Shown here in pieces: positions 28,827 through 37,612 of a stretch of 64,000 nt of DNA. The stretch lies in NCBI GenBank assembly GCA_028692035.1, contig JAQUYD010000008.1, positions 20,678 through 84,677 on the forward strand, given 5' to 3'. The position numbers and the translations under genes were made by a program. Each line of letters begins with the position of its first letter. Within the stretch, counting starts at the first letter, position 1. This stretch comes from Oscillospiraceae bacterium. GTDB taxonomy: Bacteria; Bacillota; Clostridia; Oscillospirales; Ruminococcaceae. A model generated the notes under the pieces. That model saw only the letters and a program-made list of their open reading frames with translations, had not been told where the DNA came from and ran no database searches.

Positions 28827-28872
28827 TACAACCCATATGGTTGTATTATAGTCCCTCCCCTGGAAAAAGCAA
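28827..28872 (-). promoter_or_regulatory. pncB promoter with an abutting 7-5-7 inverted repeat (candidate operator)
   Basis: On the minus strand, TTGCTT (28872-28867), a 16-nt spacer, then TATAAT (28850-28845), then TACAACC-catat-GGTTGTA (28845-28827) across the predicted TSS. Confidence 0.5.
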
Positions 28873-28968
28873 GAAAAACCGCAAAGCCCTCCATTGAAAG
28901 CCCTGCGGTTTCCACCACAAATCGGCTCACTGCCAATTATATGGCAGCTTTTCCCGGCGGATACAAAC

Positions 28969-29376
28969 TCAAGCGCTTTTATGTTTCCCCTTGCAGTTTT
29001 GGCAAAGGCCCGAAAAAACAATCGTATGCTCTTGAATTTGAAAGCCGGTGACCTGCTGCGCCTGTTCGTCCAGCCGGCGGTCATAGGAAAGGAACACGTC
29101 CTCCAAATGCCCGCACTCCTGACATTGCACATGGGAGTGGGGCTCCATATTGCCGTCAAACCGGTCTGCCGCATCCCGCGATTCAATCTTTCGGATCATC
29201 CCCTGTTCCGCCAAAATGCTCAAGTTCCGATAGACCGTCCCCAAGCTCAACGAAGGGTGCACCGGCTTTAAAAGCCCATAAACATATTCCGCCGTCGGAT
29301 GGACTGGATGGGTCTTAACCGTATCATAAATCGCCTGTCTCATTTTCGATTGTCTTCGTACCACCAATTGTTCCAC
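28969..29376 (-). CDS. Fur family transcriptional repressor (PerR-like by context)
   Basis: About 130 aa. Winged-helix N-terminus (HPTAEYVYGLL), HSHVQCQECGH and a C-terminal CQNC. The start is uncertain (GTG, TTG or ATG within the first 12 codons). Confidence 0.85.
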   Translation of the reverse strand: MEQLVVRRQSKMRQAIYDTVKTHPVHPTAEYVYGLLKPVHPSLSLGTVYRNLSILAEQGMIRKIESRDAADRFDGNMEPHSHVQCQECGHLEDVFLSYDRRLDEQAQQVTGFQIQEHTIVFSGLCQNCKGKHKSA

Positions 29377-29438
29377 GCTCCTTTACAAATTATTGGAACC
29401 CCGCCGCCCCTGCGCTAAAAAATGTTTCAGCAGGAACA

Positions 29439-29966
29439 TCAATGTGCGACCGTAATGGTTATGTCACTTTCCAACGTGCCCAGAACCTGCAGCGAATCCA
29501 TGTCAAACAGCTCGATCCGGCACACGCCCTCATAAACGCCGGCGGCCAGCCCGGCAGTAAGCTTTGCCCGTTTGATGTGGCTGTCCGGCGGGATCATCCC
29601 AGAACGGTAAACTTCGTCCCCGCCGTCCAAAACATAAGAGATCCGGACAAAATGCTGGTTGCCCACGTCGTTTTGGAAACAGACAGTCCCCTGCGCATCG
29701 CAATCCAAAAACCACGGCGCCGCATTCAGCTGGTAGCGAAGGGAGCCGTACGCCACTGCATCTGCCGGCGCCGCTTTCCCCTCCAGTGGGCCCGAAACAC
29801 AGTTTTTGTCCAGCTCGACCGGATAAGCCGCCCATTGTGCAAGCGGGTCCTCCACGCTCTCGCCGTTGAGCCAGACTAACAAGATGCCAACCAGCCCAAT
29901 CAGCACAATCGCCCCGGCGCTGACCAAAAGCGTAACCCGTTCGGTCCTTTTTCTTGTTCTTTGCAT
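29439..29966 (-). CDS. Hypothetical membrane-anchored protein with Cys-containing extracytoplasmic domain
   Basis: 175 aa from an ATG preceded by SD TAAGGTGG (the ORF's GTG at 29975 is 3 codons upstream). One N-terminal TM segment (VTLLVSAGAIVLIGLVGILLVWL). No family recognised. Lies upstream of the Fur-family gene and is probably co-transcribed with it. Confidence 0.6.
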   Translation of the reverse strand: MQRTRKRTERVTLLVSAGAIVLIGLVGILLVWLNGESVEDPLAQWAAYPVELDKNCVSGPLEGKAAPADAVAYGSLRYQLNAAPWFLDCDAQGTVCFQNDVGNQHFVRISYVLDGGDEVYRSGMIPPDSHIKRAKLTAGLAAGVYEGVCRIELFDMDSLQVLGTLESDITITVAH

Positions 29967-29984
29967 ATTGTCCACCTTAAATAG

Positions 29985-29999
29985 TAAGAATGATTCTTA
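29985..29999. promoter_or_regulatory. Fur-family type 7-1-7 operator TAAGAATgATTCTTA
   Basis: Perfect palindrome. It lies 5 nt downstream of the minus-strand promoter TTGCGT-17-TATAAT (30033-30005) and over the -35 position of the plus-strand TATAAT at 30007-30012. The same core occurs at 36485-36501. Confidence 0.65.
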
Positions 30000-30100
30000 T
30001 TTTTATTATAATGCTTTCAAAAAGAAAACGCAACCTATATGCGCTTTCTTTTTTCTGTGATAAAATAAAGAAAAGTTTTCTTGAAAAGGGGACCCCTGTG

Positions 30101-31834
30101 ATGAAAACCCTGTTGCTGGCCCTTAACGCCAAATACATCCATTCCAATATCGCCGTGCGGTACCTGCAAAAATACGCCGCCCCTTCTCTTTCTGCGCCGG
30201 TGTACATTCTGGAATTGACCATCAATAACCGCCTCGACTTTATCCTGGATGAGATTTTCCGCCGTTCGCCGGATTGTTTGCTTTTTTCCACTTATATCTG
30301 GAACGTTTCTATGGTGCGGCAGCTGGCGGCGGAATACCGAAAGCTGCGTCCCGACGTAATCATCGGCGCCGGCGGGCCGGAGGTGAGTTACGAATCAGAG
30401 GATTTTTTACGCCAGAACCCTTGCTTTGACCTGGTCGTCCGCGGCGAAGGGGAAGAAACGGTCCGGCAGTTGCTTTCCGCCGCAGAGTCCGGCAGCGCTT
30501 GGCAGTCGGTCCCCGGGCTGACAGTGCGGGCAAAAAACGGTGTTCGCACCAATCCGCCCCAGCCGCCGCTGGATCTGGCGCTCCTTCCCTTTCCGTATAA
30601 AAAAGACCTGTCGGACGCGCCAGAACAGATCAAATATTACGAATCCTCCCGCGGGTGCCCGTTCCAATGTCAATACTGCCTATCCTCTATCGAAAAGGGT
30701 GTCCGTACCGCGCCGCTGAAGAAAGTCTTTGCCGAACTCAAAATTTTCCTAGACGCCAAGGTCCGCCAGGTCAAATTCGTGGACCGCACCTTTAACTGCG
30801 ACGTCCGCCGCGCCCTTTCCATCTGGCGTTTCCTGCGGGATAACGACAACGGCGTCACCAATTTTCATTTTGAAATCACCGCTGAACTTTTAAACCGGGA
30901 GACGTTGGATTTCCTTCGCACCGTGCGCCCGGAACAGTTTCAATTTGAGATCGGCGTCCAGTCCACCAACCCGCGGACGCTGGCGGCTATCCGCCGGCAA
31001 AACGACTGGCCGCGCCTGTGCGCCATCGTACAGGAAATCAAATCGTTTCACAACATCCACCAGCACCTGGATCTGATCGCTGGGCTGCCATATGAAAATT
31101 ACGATTCTTTCCGCCGCTCTTTCAACGATGTTTACGCCCTGGAACCGGAGCAGTTCCAGCTGGGTTTTCTCAAAATCCTCAAAGGCGCGGGGCTGTTCCA
31201 CGATCAGGCAAAATATGGCCTGGTCAGCCGTGATTACCCGCCGTTTGAGGTTTTATACACCCCTGACCTCCCTTATGCGGATACCCTGCGCCTCAAAGCG
31301 GTGGAGGAGATGGTGGAACGGTATTATAACAGCGGGCGGTTTGTCCACACTTTGCGGTGGCTGTTTTCACAGCTGAAAGATCCCTTTTTATTCTACCAGG
31401 CCCTGGGGGACCGGTATCTGGCTGAAAACCGCCATTATGCCAGCCAGTCGCTAGACCAGTGCTACAGCTTTTTTTACTCCTTTTGTGCGGCGCAGCCTGC
31501 CGTGGACACCGGTTTGTTGGCCCAGTATCTAAAGCTGGATTACTGCCTGCATCAGCGGCCCCGCCGCCGGCCAGATTGGTTTCCCGGCCCGCAGGCCGCC
31601 CCCTTCCGCCAGCGCTGCCTGCTATTTTTGGAGCAACAGGGCAATCTGGCCCGGTTCCTGCCGGACTATTCTGAAAGCGATCCCCAACTTTTGTACAAGC
31701 TGGTTCATTTTGAGCCTTTTTTCCGAAACGTCCTCACAGGAGAGGACACGCCGGTTATCCTGTTGTTTGATTACCGGCGGCGGGATTTGCTGGGCAACGC
31801 CCGGGTAGAGGCAGTTGAGCTTTCCAGGGACTGA
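30101..31834 (+). CDS. B12-binding domain-containing radical SAM protein (DUF4080-type C-terminus)
   Basis: 577 aa from MKTLLLALNAKYIHSNIAVRYL. The radical SAM cluster is in SSRGCPFQCQYCLSS. The C-terminal ~200 aa helical extension is as in DUF4080 proteins. Confidence 0.85.
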   Translation: MKTLLLALNAKYIHSNIAVRYLQKYAAPSLSAPVYILELTINNRLDFILDEIFRRSPDCLLFSTYIWNVSMVRQLAAEYRKLRPDVIIGAGGPEVSYESEDFLRQNPCFDLVVRGEGEETVRQLLSAAESGSAWQSVPGLTVRAKNGVRTNPPQPPLDLALLPFPYKKDLSDAPEQIKYYESSRGCPFQCQYCLSSIEKGVRTAPLKKVFAELKIFLDAKVRQVKFVDRTFNCDVRRALSIWRFLRDNDNGVTNFHFEITAELLNRETLDFLRTVRPEQFQFEIGVQSTNPRTLAAIRRQNDWPRLCAIVQEIKSFHNIHQHLDLIAGLPYENYDSFRRSFNDVYALEPEQFQLGFLKILKGAGLFHDQAKYGLVSRDYPPFEVLYTPDLPYADTLRLKAVEEMVERYYNSGRFVHTLRWLFSQLKDPFLFYQALGDRYLAENRHYASQSLDQCYSFFYSFCAAQPAVDTGLLAQYLKLDYCLHQRPRRRPDWFPGPQAAPFRQRCLLFLEQQGNLARFLPDYSESDPQLLYKLVHFEPFFRNVLTGEDTPVILLFDYRRRDLLGNARVEAVELSRD

Positions 31835-31946
31835 CCAGATTTCTTTCGTATGTCACATGGTTTTTTCACAAACTGCCTGCCCAGTTGACCTGTTTTTCAC
31901 CGCATAGGGGGAAATCGGGTAAAATAGCCGTTTTTTCGCTATGATT

Positions 31947-32000
31947 TTACACGGATTTTACATATACCTCCAGATACATTTTACCTTTTTGTTACATAAT
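31947..32000 (+). promoter_or_regulatory. Pho-box-like array and -10 element upstream of the Na/Pi transporter gene
   Basis: Direct repeats TTACAC (31947), TTACAT (31958), TTACCT (31981) and TTACAT (31992). They form two pairs with exact 11-bp periodicity, 23 bp apart. The last repeat overlaps the -10 CATAAT (31995-32000). No -35 consensus is present. Confidence 0.6.
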
Positions 32001-32041
32001 AGCCTCATAGCATGAAAAATAAAGGAAAAAGTAGGTGCAAC

Positions 32042-33790
32042 ATGGATATTTTTTCTATCTTTCAACTGGCCGGCGGACTTGCCCTGTTTTTGTATGGCAT
32101 GCACGTCATGGGCGACGGCTTGGAAAAACAGGCTGGCGGCAAGCTAAAAACCATCCTGGAAAAATTAACGGCAAGCCCCTTCAAGGGCTTTTTGCTGGGG
32201 GCGGCGGTCACAGCTGTCATCCAGTCCTCCTCCGCCACCACCGTCATGGTCGTTGGATTTGTCAACGCTGGCATCATGAAACTCAGCCAGGCGATTGGCA
32301 TTATCATGGGCGCCAACGTCGGTACGACCATCACCTCTTGGATCCTGAGCTTGACCGGTTTGGAGGGGGATAGCTTCTGGATTCAGCTTTTGAAGCCGAC
32401 CTCTTTTTCGCCGATCATTGCGTTTATCGGCATTATTTTGATCATGTTTTCTAAAAAGGACGGAAAAAAGGACCTCGGTTCCACTCTGGTTGGCTTTGCG
32501 GTGCTGATGTTCGGCATGGAACAGATGTCCAGCGCTGTGGAACCACTGGCAAATGTACCTGAGTTCACCAGTATCCTGCTTTTGTTTTCCAATCCGCTTT
32601 TCGGGGTGCTCTGCGGCGCGGTGCTTACAGCCGTCATCCAAAGCTCCTCCGCTTCAGTGGGTATTTTACAAGCGTTGTCTGCCACCGGCAGCGTGACCTT
32701 CTCTTCGGCCATTCCGATTATCTTAGGCCAAAACATCGGCACCTGCGTCACCGCCCTGCTTTCTTCGATCGGCGCCAACAAAAACGCCCGGCGGGCGGCG
32801 GTGGTCCATCTTTATTTCAACCTGATCGGCACCGGTTTGTTCCTTACCCTATTCTATCTGCTCAACAGCTTTCTACATTTTTCCTTTTATACCCAGCCCA
32901 TCGACCGGCTTGGCATCGCGATTGTGCACACCTGCTTTAACCTGTTGTCCACCCTAACGCTGCTGCCTTTTACCAAGCTGTTGGAAAAGCTGGCTTATCT
33001 GACGATCCGGGATACAAACAACGACGAAAACTTCCAAATCTTGGACGAACGTTTTCTGGCTTCTCCGGCAGTAGCCATCCACCAGTGCCAAAAAATGGCT
33101 TTTTCTATGGCTACCCTGGCCCAGCATTCCCTGCACCAAGCCATCGGTTTGGTCGGCGGCTACGATGAAAAGATCGCCCACTCCATCGAGGAGGGGGAGG
33201 ATCAAATCGATATGTACGAGGACAAACTCGGGACCTATCTGGTTCGCCTGTCCAGCAAAAATCTAACTATGGAGGAAAGCCGGGAAATCTCCAAACTTTT
33301 ACATGTCATCGGTGATTTTGAACGCATTGGCGACCATGCGGTCAATATTCTCAGATCCGCCAAGGAAATGCAGACCAAAAAATATGTTTTTTCCGACCAG
33401 GCACAAAAAGAGATTTCCACAATTTCCAACGCGGTCGAAGAGATCGTAGAGCTGGCCACCACTTCCTTTGTGGAAAATGATCTGTATCTGGCCTCCAAGG
33501 TGGAGCCGTTGGAGCAGGTCGTGGATTCTTTGAAGGATGAGCTGCGCAACCGGCATGTCAAACGGCTGCAAAACGGCGAATGCACCATCAGCAACGGTTT
33601 TATCTTCTCCGATCTGATCACCAACTACGAGCGTGTGGCAGATCACTGCTCCAACGTTGGCGTCTGCGTCCTGCGGATCGCCGAGGACAGCTTTGACACC
33701 CATGAATATCTCAACCATATCAAGGACGGCCACGACGACACCTTTGAAAGCCGATATAACCGGTACAAAGAAAAATACGCGCTGGTATAA
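32042..33790 (+). CDS. Na/Pi cotransporter family protein with C-terminal PhoU-like repeats
   Basis: 582 aa from MDIFSIFQLAGG. Two QSSSA(T/S) signature repeats (VIQSSSATTVMVVGF, VIQSSSASVGILQAL). The C-terminal part has ERIGDHAVN and ERVADHCSN PhoU motifs. Confidence 0.9.
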   Translation: MDIFSIFQLAGGLALFLYGMHVMGDGLEKQAGGKLKTILEKLTASPFKGFLLGAAVTAVIQSSSATTVMVVGFVNAGIMKLSQAIGIIMGANVGTTITSWILSLTGLEGDSFWIQLLKPTSFSPIIAFIGIILIMFSKKDGKKDLGSTLVGFAVLMFGMEQMSSAVEPLANVPEFTSILLLFSNPLFGVLCGAVLTAVIQSSSASVGILQALSATGSVTFSSAIPIILGQNIGTCVTALLSSIGANKNARRAAVVHLYFNLIGTGLFLTLFYLLNSFLHFSFYTQPIDRLGIAIVHTCFNLLSTLTLLPFTKLLEKLAYLTIRDTNNDENFQILDERFLASPAVAIHQCQKMAFSMATLAQHSLHQAIGLVGGYDEKIAHSIEEGEDQIDMYEDKLGTYLVRLSSKNLTMEESREISKLLHVIGDFERIGDHAVNILRSAKEMQTKKYVFSDQAQKEISTISNAVEEIVELATTSFVENDLYLASKVEPLEQVVDSLKDELRNRHVKRLQNGECTISNGFIFSDLITNYERVADHCSNVGVCVLRIAEDSFDTHEYLNHIKDGHDDTFESRYNRYKEKYALV

Positions 33791-33820
33791 CGCTGCATGT
33801 TGCAGAAAGGATGATACGTC

Positions 33821-34486
33821 ATGATTTATATTGTAGAAGATGATTTAAATATTCGCCAGATGGAAAGTTACGCTTTAAAAAATAGCGGCTATCCAACGGA
33901 AGAGTTCGACGACGGGGCCTCTTTTTTCGCCGCTTGCGAAAAAAAGCTGCCGGATTTGATCCTGCTGGACATTATGCTGCCCGGGGAGGACGGATTAAAA
34001 ATCCTGCAAAACCTCAAATCCAGCCATAAAACCCGCTTTATCCCGGTGATCTTAATCACCGCCAAAACAACCGAGCTAGATACGGTGAAAGGGCTGGATC
34101 TGGGTGCGGATGATTACATAACCAAGCCTTTTGGCATTATGGAGTTTATCTCCCGGGTCAAGGCAGTATTGCGGCGAACTAATTCCCCCGGCGACGGGGT
34201 ACTGGCGCTAGGGCAGATCCAGCTGGACGATCAAAAACGGCAGGTCTGGTCCGAAAGTACTTTGTGCGAGCTGACCTATAAAGAATATGAGCTGCTCAAA
34301 TTCTTTCTGCAAAACCCAGGAATTGTCCTCTCCCGGGAAAAGCTCATCAACCGTGTTTGGGGTATTGACTACGAAGGAGAAAGCCGCACAGTGGATATGC
34401 ACGTCAAAACGCTGCGCCAAAAGCTTGGGAACCAGGGGACAATGATTAAAACGGTCCGCAATGTAGGATATAAAATCGAGGTATAA
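33821..34486 (+). CDS. OmpR/PhoB-family response regulator (PhoP-like)
   Basis: 221 aa. Receiver motifs (IVEDD, LILLDIMLPGEDG, KPF) and a winged-helix output domain (TVDMHVKTLRQKL). Confidence 0.93.
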   Translation: MIYIVEDDLNIRQMESYALKNSGYPTEEFDDGASFFAACEKKLPDLILLDIMLPGEDGLKILQNLKSSHKTRFIPVILITAKTTELDTVKGLDLGADDYITKPFGIMEFISRVKAVLRRTNSPGDGVLALGQIQLDDQKRQVWSESTLCELTYKEYELLKFFLQNPGIVLSREKLINRVWGIDYEGESRTVDMHVKTLRQKLGNQGTMIKTVRNVGYKIEV

Positions 34487-34499
34487 AGGGAGTGCTGGT

Positions 34500-35849
34500 T
34501 TGGAAGAAAAAATCAATTTTCGGTTTTTATTTATCGGCCTTCTATCGATTCTGCTAACTGCGGTGTCCATTACGATGGTTTTTCACAACGCTTTTCAAGA
34601 ACAGGCCAAAGAAGATCTGCAGAACAGCGCCGCGATCATCGCCAAAAGTACGCTTTTCCTGTCCGACCCTGAACAGCTGGCGGAATACAGCAATGATAAA
34701 CTGCGCATTACGCTGATTGCTTCCGATGGGCAGGTCCAATATGAAAGCAGTGCAGATGAAGCCCAAATGGAAAACCATCTTTCCCGGCCCGAAATCCAAG
34801 CCGCGTTACAAAGCGGATCTGGAGAATCACTGCGCCAATCCACTACGCTGGGATACGACACTTATTACTACGCACTGCGTTTACAAGATGGCAAGGTTCT
34901 GCGGGTGGCGATCGAGATTCGGAACATGTATTCCATTTTTGAAAAAGCGCTGCCATCTGTGATTTTGATTGGGTTTTTGATTCTGCTGGTCTCCGTGCTG
35001 CTTTCTTCCCTGCTGACCAAACGGCTGATCAAACCGATCGAAGTGATGGCCCAGCATATGGATACAATGGAGGAGAATACCCCTTATAAAGAGTTGATCC
35101 CCTTTGTCCGAACCATCAAGGAACAGCAGAAGAAGAAGATGGAAACCGCCCAAATGCGCCAGGAATTCACCGCCAACGTCTCACACGAACTGAAAACGCC
35201 GCTGACCTCCATCTCGGGTTATGCGGAAATGATTGAAACCGGCATTGCCAAACCGGAGGACATTCCGGTGTTTGCAGAAAAAATCCATTCTGAATCCCAG
35301 CGGCTGTTGGAATTGATCGGCGATATTATGAAGCTCTCTGAGCTGGACGAAGGCCGGAAAGATTTGTTTTTCGAGCAAATTGATTTGCTGCAGGTGGCGC
35401 AGGAGACCCAAAACCGCTTGCAGCTACAGGCCCAGCGGGCAGAAGTTTCTGTTACGGTAGAAGGCGTTCCCGCGCCGGTAAACGGAAATCTAAAATTGCT
35501 CAACGAGCTTGCCTTTAACCTTTGTGACAATGCCATTCGCTATAACCATCCCGGTGGCAGCGTGGCAATGCGCACCGTCTGCGAAGAGGGGCGCGCCATG
35601 CTGATTGTATCAGACAATGGCATTGGAATTGCACCGGATTATCAGAGCCGGGTTTTTGAGCGGTTCTACCGGGTGGATAAAAGCCGCTCCAAGGAAACGG
35701 GGGGTACCGGTCTGGGGTTGGCCATCGTCAAACACATCGCCATCCAGCACCATGCGCTGCTGTCCTTGAACAGCAAGCCGGGAGAAGGCACCAAAATTAC
35801 GGTATCGTTCCCCTTGTTCCAAAAGGCGGCGGACTGCCAGCAGCAGTAA
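34500..35849 (+). CDS. Sensor histidine kinase (PhoR-like)
   Basis: 449 aa with a TTG start and two TM segments. H-box SHELKTPLTSISGYAEM, N-box LCDNAIRYN and G-boxes DNGIGI and GGTGLGLAIVKH. Confidence 0.92.
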   Translation: MEEKINFRFLFIGLLSILLTAVSITMVFHNAFQEQAKEDLQNSAAIIAKSTLFLSDPEQLAEYSNDKLRITLIASDGQVQYESSADEAQMENHLSRPEIQAALQSGSGESLRQSTTLGYDTYYYALRLQDGKVLRVAIEIRNMYSIFEKALPSVILIGFLILLVSVLLSSLLTKRLIKPIEVMAQHMDTMEENTPYKELIPFVRTIKEQQKKKMETAQMRQEFTANVSHELKTPLTSISGYAEMIETGIAKPEDIPVFAEKIHSESQRLLELIGDIMKLSELDEGRKDLFFEQIDLLQVAQETQNRLQLQAQRAEVSVTVEGVPAPVNGNLKLLNELAFNLCDNAIRYNHPGGSVAMRTVCEEGRAMLIVSDNGIGIAPDYQSRVFERFYRVDKSRSKETGGTGLGLAIVKHIAIQHHALLSLNSKPGEGTKITVSFPLFQKAADCQQQ

Positions 35850-35880
35850 ACCTTGGAACCTGTGCGATAGCCTTTCTTGG

Positions 35881-35918
35881 CAATAAAAAAGAAGGCCCGG
35901 GGGCCTTCTTTTTTATTG
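35881..35918. terminator. Bidirectional intrinsic terminator (kinase gene / rubrerythrin)
   Basis: 18-nt perfect inverted repeat caataaaaaagaaggccc / gggccttcttttttattg. Confidence 0.88.
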
Positions 35919-35927
35919 GTTGTTCTA

Positions 35928-36464
35928 TTAATAGTTTTTCGCCAAAACCTGGAAATATGCCTGGGGATGCGCACAAACCGGGCACACCTCCGGCGCTTTA
36001 TCGCCTACATGGATATGTCCGCAATTCCGGCAGACCCAAACGACCTGGCCCTCTTTGCAGAAAACTTTATTTTCCTCAACGTTTTTCAACAGCTCTAGAT
36101 ATCTGGCTTCATGCTCTTTCTCAACGGCGCCGACCATTTCGAACAGTTTCGCAATATGATCAAAGCCCTCTTCTTTTGCTTCTTTCGCGAAAGAAGCGTA
36201 CATATCCGTCCACTCATAATTCTCGCCGGCCGCAGCGTCTTTCAGATTCTCGGCAGTGGTGCCAATGCCCTCATGCAACAGCTTGAACCACATTTTTGCA
36301 TGCTCTTTTTCGTTATCGGCAGTCTCCTGGAACAACGCAGCGATCTGCTCGTATCCTTCTTTTTTTGCTTTAGAAGCATAAAACGTGTATTTGTTTCTCG
36401 CCTGGGATTCCCCGGCGAAAGCGGTTTGCAGGTTGGCTTCTGTCTTTGTACCCTTTAAATTCAT
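35928..36464 (-). CDS. rbr: Rubrerythrin
   Basis: 178 aa. Di-iron ferritin-like motifs ([16 protein letters not shown]) and a C-terminal rubredoxin-like CRNCGH...CPVC. Confidence 0.93.
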   Translation of the reverse strand: MNLKGTKTEANLQTAFAGESQARNKYTFYASKAKKEGYEQIAALFQETADNEKEHAKMWFKLLHEGIGTTAENLKDAAAGENYEWTDMYASFAKEAKEEGFDHIAKLFEMVGAVEKEHEARYLELLKNVEENKVFCKEGQVVWVCRNCGHIHVGDKAPEVCPVCAHPQAYFQVLAKNY

Positions 36465-36484
36465 AATCTGTCATCCTTCCTTTG

Positions 36485-36534
36485 TTAAGAATAATTCTTA
36501 ATTATTTTATATCACTTTTCCACTTCTTTGTCAA
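36485..36534 (-). promoter_or_regulatory. Rubrerythrin promoter with Fur-family type operator TTAAGAATaATTCTTAA
   Basis: On the minus strand, TTGACA (36534-36529), a 17-nt spacer, TATAAA (36511-36506), 4 nt, then a perfect 8-1-8 palindrome (36501-36485), then SD AAAGGAAGG. Confidence 0.7.
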
Positions 36535-36662
36535 TGGGAAAACGTCCTTTTGTAAAATTTAACAAATTGCTCATGATTTCTCCGTTCCTTTTCTCCTGCA
36601 ACGCCATTGTTCTTTATCTTTGGTTATATTATACTAGAAGCGGAAACAAAGGAGGGCTTGTT

Positions 36663-37433
36663 ATGATTCTCACCATTGATATCGGCAATTCCAATATTAC
36701 GATCGGGGCTTATCGGGACGATAAGCTATTGTTTTTGACCCGGATGGGTACAGACCGCACAAAAATGCCGGATGAATATGCCATTGCCCTCCATTCCCTG
36801 CTGCGCCTGTATGGTTATCACGGCGACGACCTGGAGGGTGCAATCATCTCTTCGGTGGTGCCTCCCCTATCCGCCTCTTTAAAACAGGCGATCACCCGCA
36901 TCAAGCCGGTGCGAATCTTAACGGTTGGGCCTGGAATCAAAACCGGCCTCCACATCGCTATCGACAACCCGGCGCAGTTGGGCGCCGACCTGGTTTGTGT
37001 TTCGGTAGCCGCTGTGGAAAAGTATCCTCTCCCCTCTATCGTTATCGACATGGGCACCGCCACCACCATTTCGGCTATGGATCGAGCGGGAAAGATGCTT
37101 GGCGGTTCTATCCTGCCCGGCGTCCGCATTTCGCTGGAGGCGCTGACCACATGTACGGCACAGCTTCCTCAAATCGAATTGTCCTCGCCGCCTCAAAGCG
37201 TCATTGGCGCGAACACCATAGATTCTATGAAATCCGGCGTCCTATATGGCACTGCCAGCATGCTGGACGGCATGATTGAACGGTACAAATCGGAGCTGGG
37301 CGAAGATTTAACGGTCATTGCCACCGGCGGCTTATCCCAGTCCATCGCGGCGTTGTGCCACAGCCCAATCATTTTAGATGAAAATCTTGTTCTGGAGGGT
37401 CTTCGGATCCTGTTCCAGAAAAACACAAAATAA
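36663..37433 (+). CDS. coaX: Type III pantothenate kinase
   Basis: 256 aa from MILTIDIGNSNITIGAY. Motifs VIDMGTATT and ATGGLS. The upstream 45 codons of the ORF are rejected. Confidence 0.93.
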   Translation: MILTIDIGNSNITIGAYRDDKLLFLTRMGTDRTKMPDEYAIALHSLLRLYGYHGDDLEGAIISSVVPPLSASLKQAITRIKPVRILTVGPGIKTGLHIAIDNPAQLGADLVCVSVAAVEKYPLPSIVIDMGTATTISAMDRAGKMLGGSILPGVRISLEALTTCTAQLPQIELSSPPQSVIGANTIDSMKSGVLYGTASMLDGMIERYKSELGEDLTVIATGGLSQSIAALCHSPIILDENLVLEGLRILFQKNTK

Positions 37434-37612
37434 AAAGCTGTTTTCCGATGTTGGTATGCCTTTGCCCAATATCTTAGGTGGGCGCTTTGGTTCCATCCGC
37501 ACGGCTTACCGGCCTACACGGCTGCTTTTTCCAGCTATTGCGGCGTTTATTGCCGTTGGCAAATAAAGTGCGCTGTATCGAGTTAATCGAACAGCAGCAA
37601 GGAGGATTTTTT

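Noticed and set aside
28788-29186. 132-aa minus-strand ORF overlapping the Fur-family gene region and the pncB upstream region
   Set aside because: It overlaps the better-supported Fur-family CDS in another frame and runs across the fur terminator and the pncB promoter. It has no motifs.
37434-37612. Riboswitch or terminator between coaX and the ECF S-component gene
   Set aside because: The direct repeat cacggct x2 and the small hairpin ttgcc-gtt-ggcaa do not form a convincing terminator or any riboswitch core I recognise.
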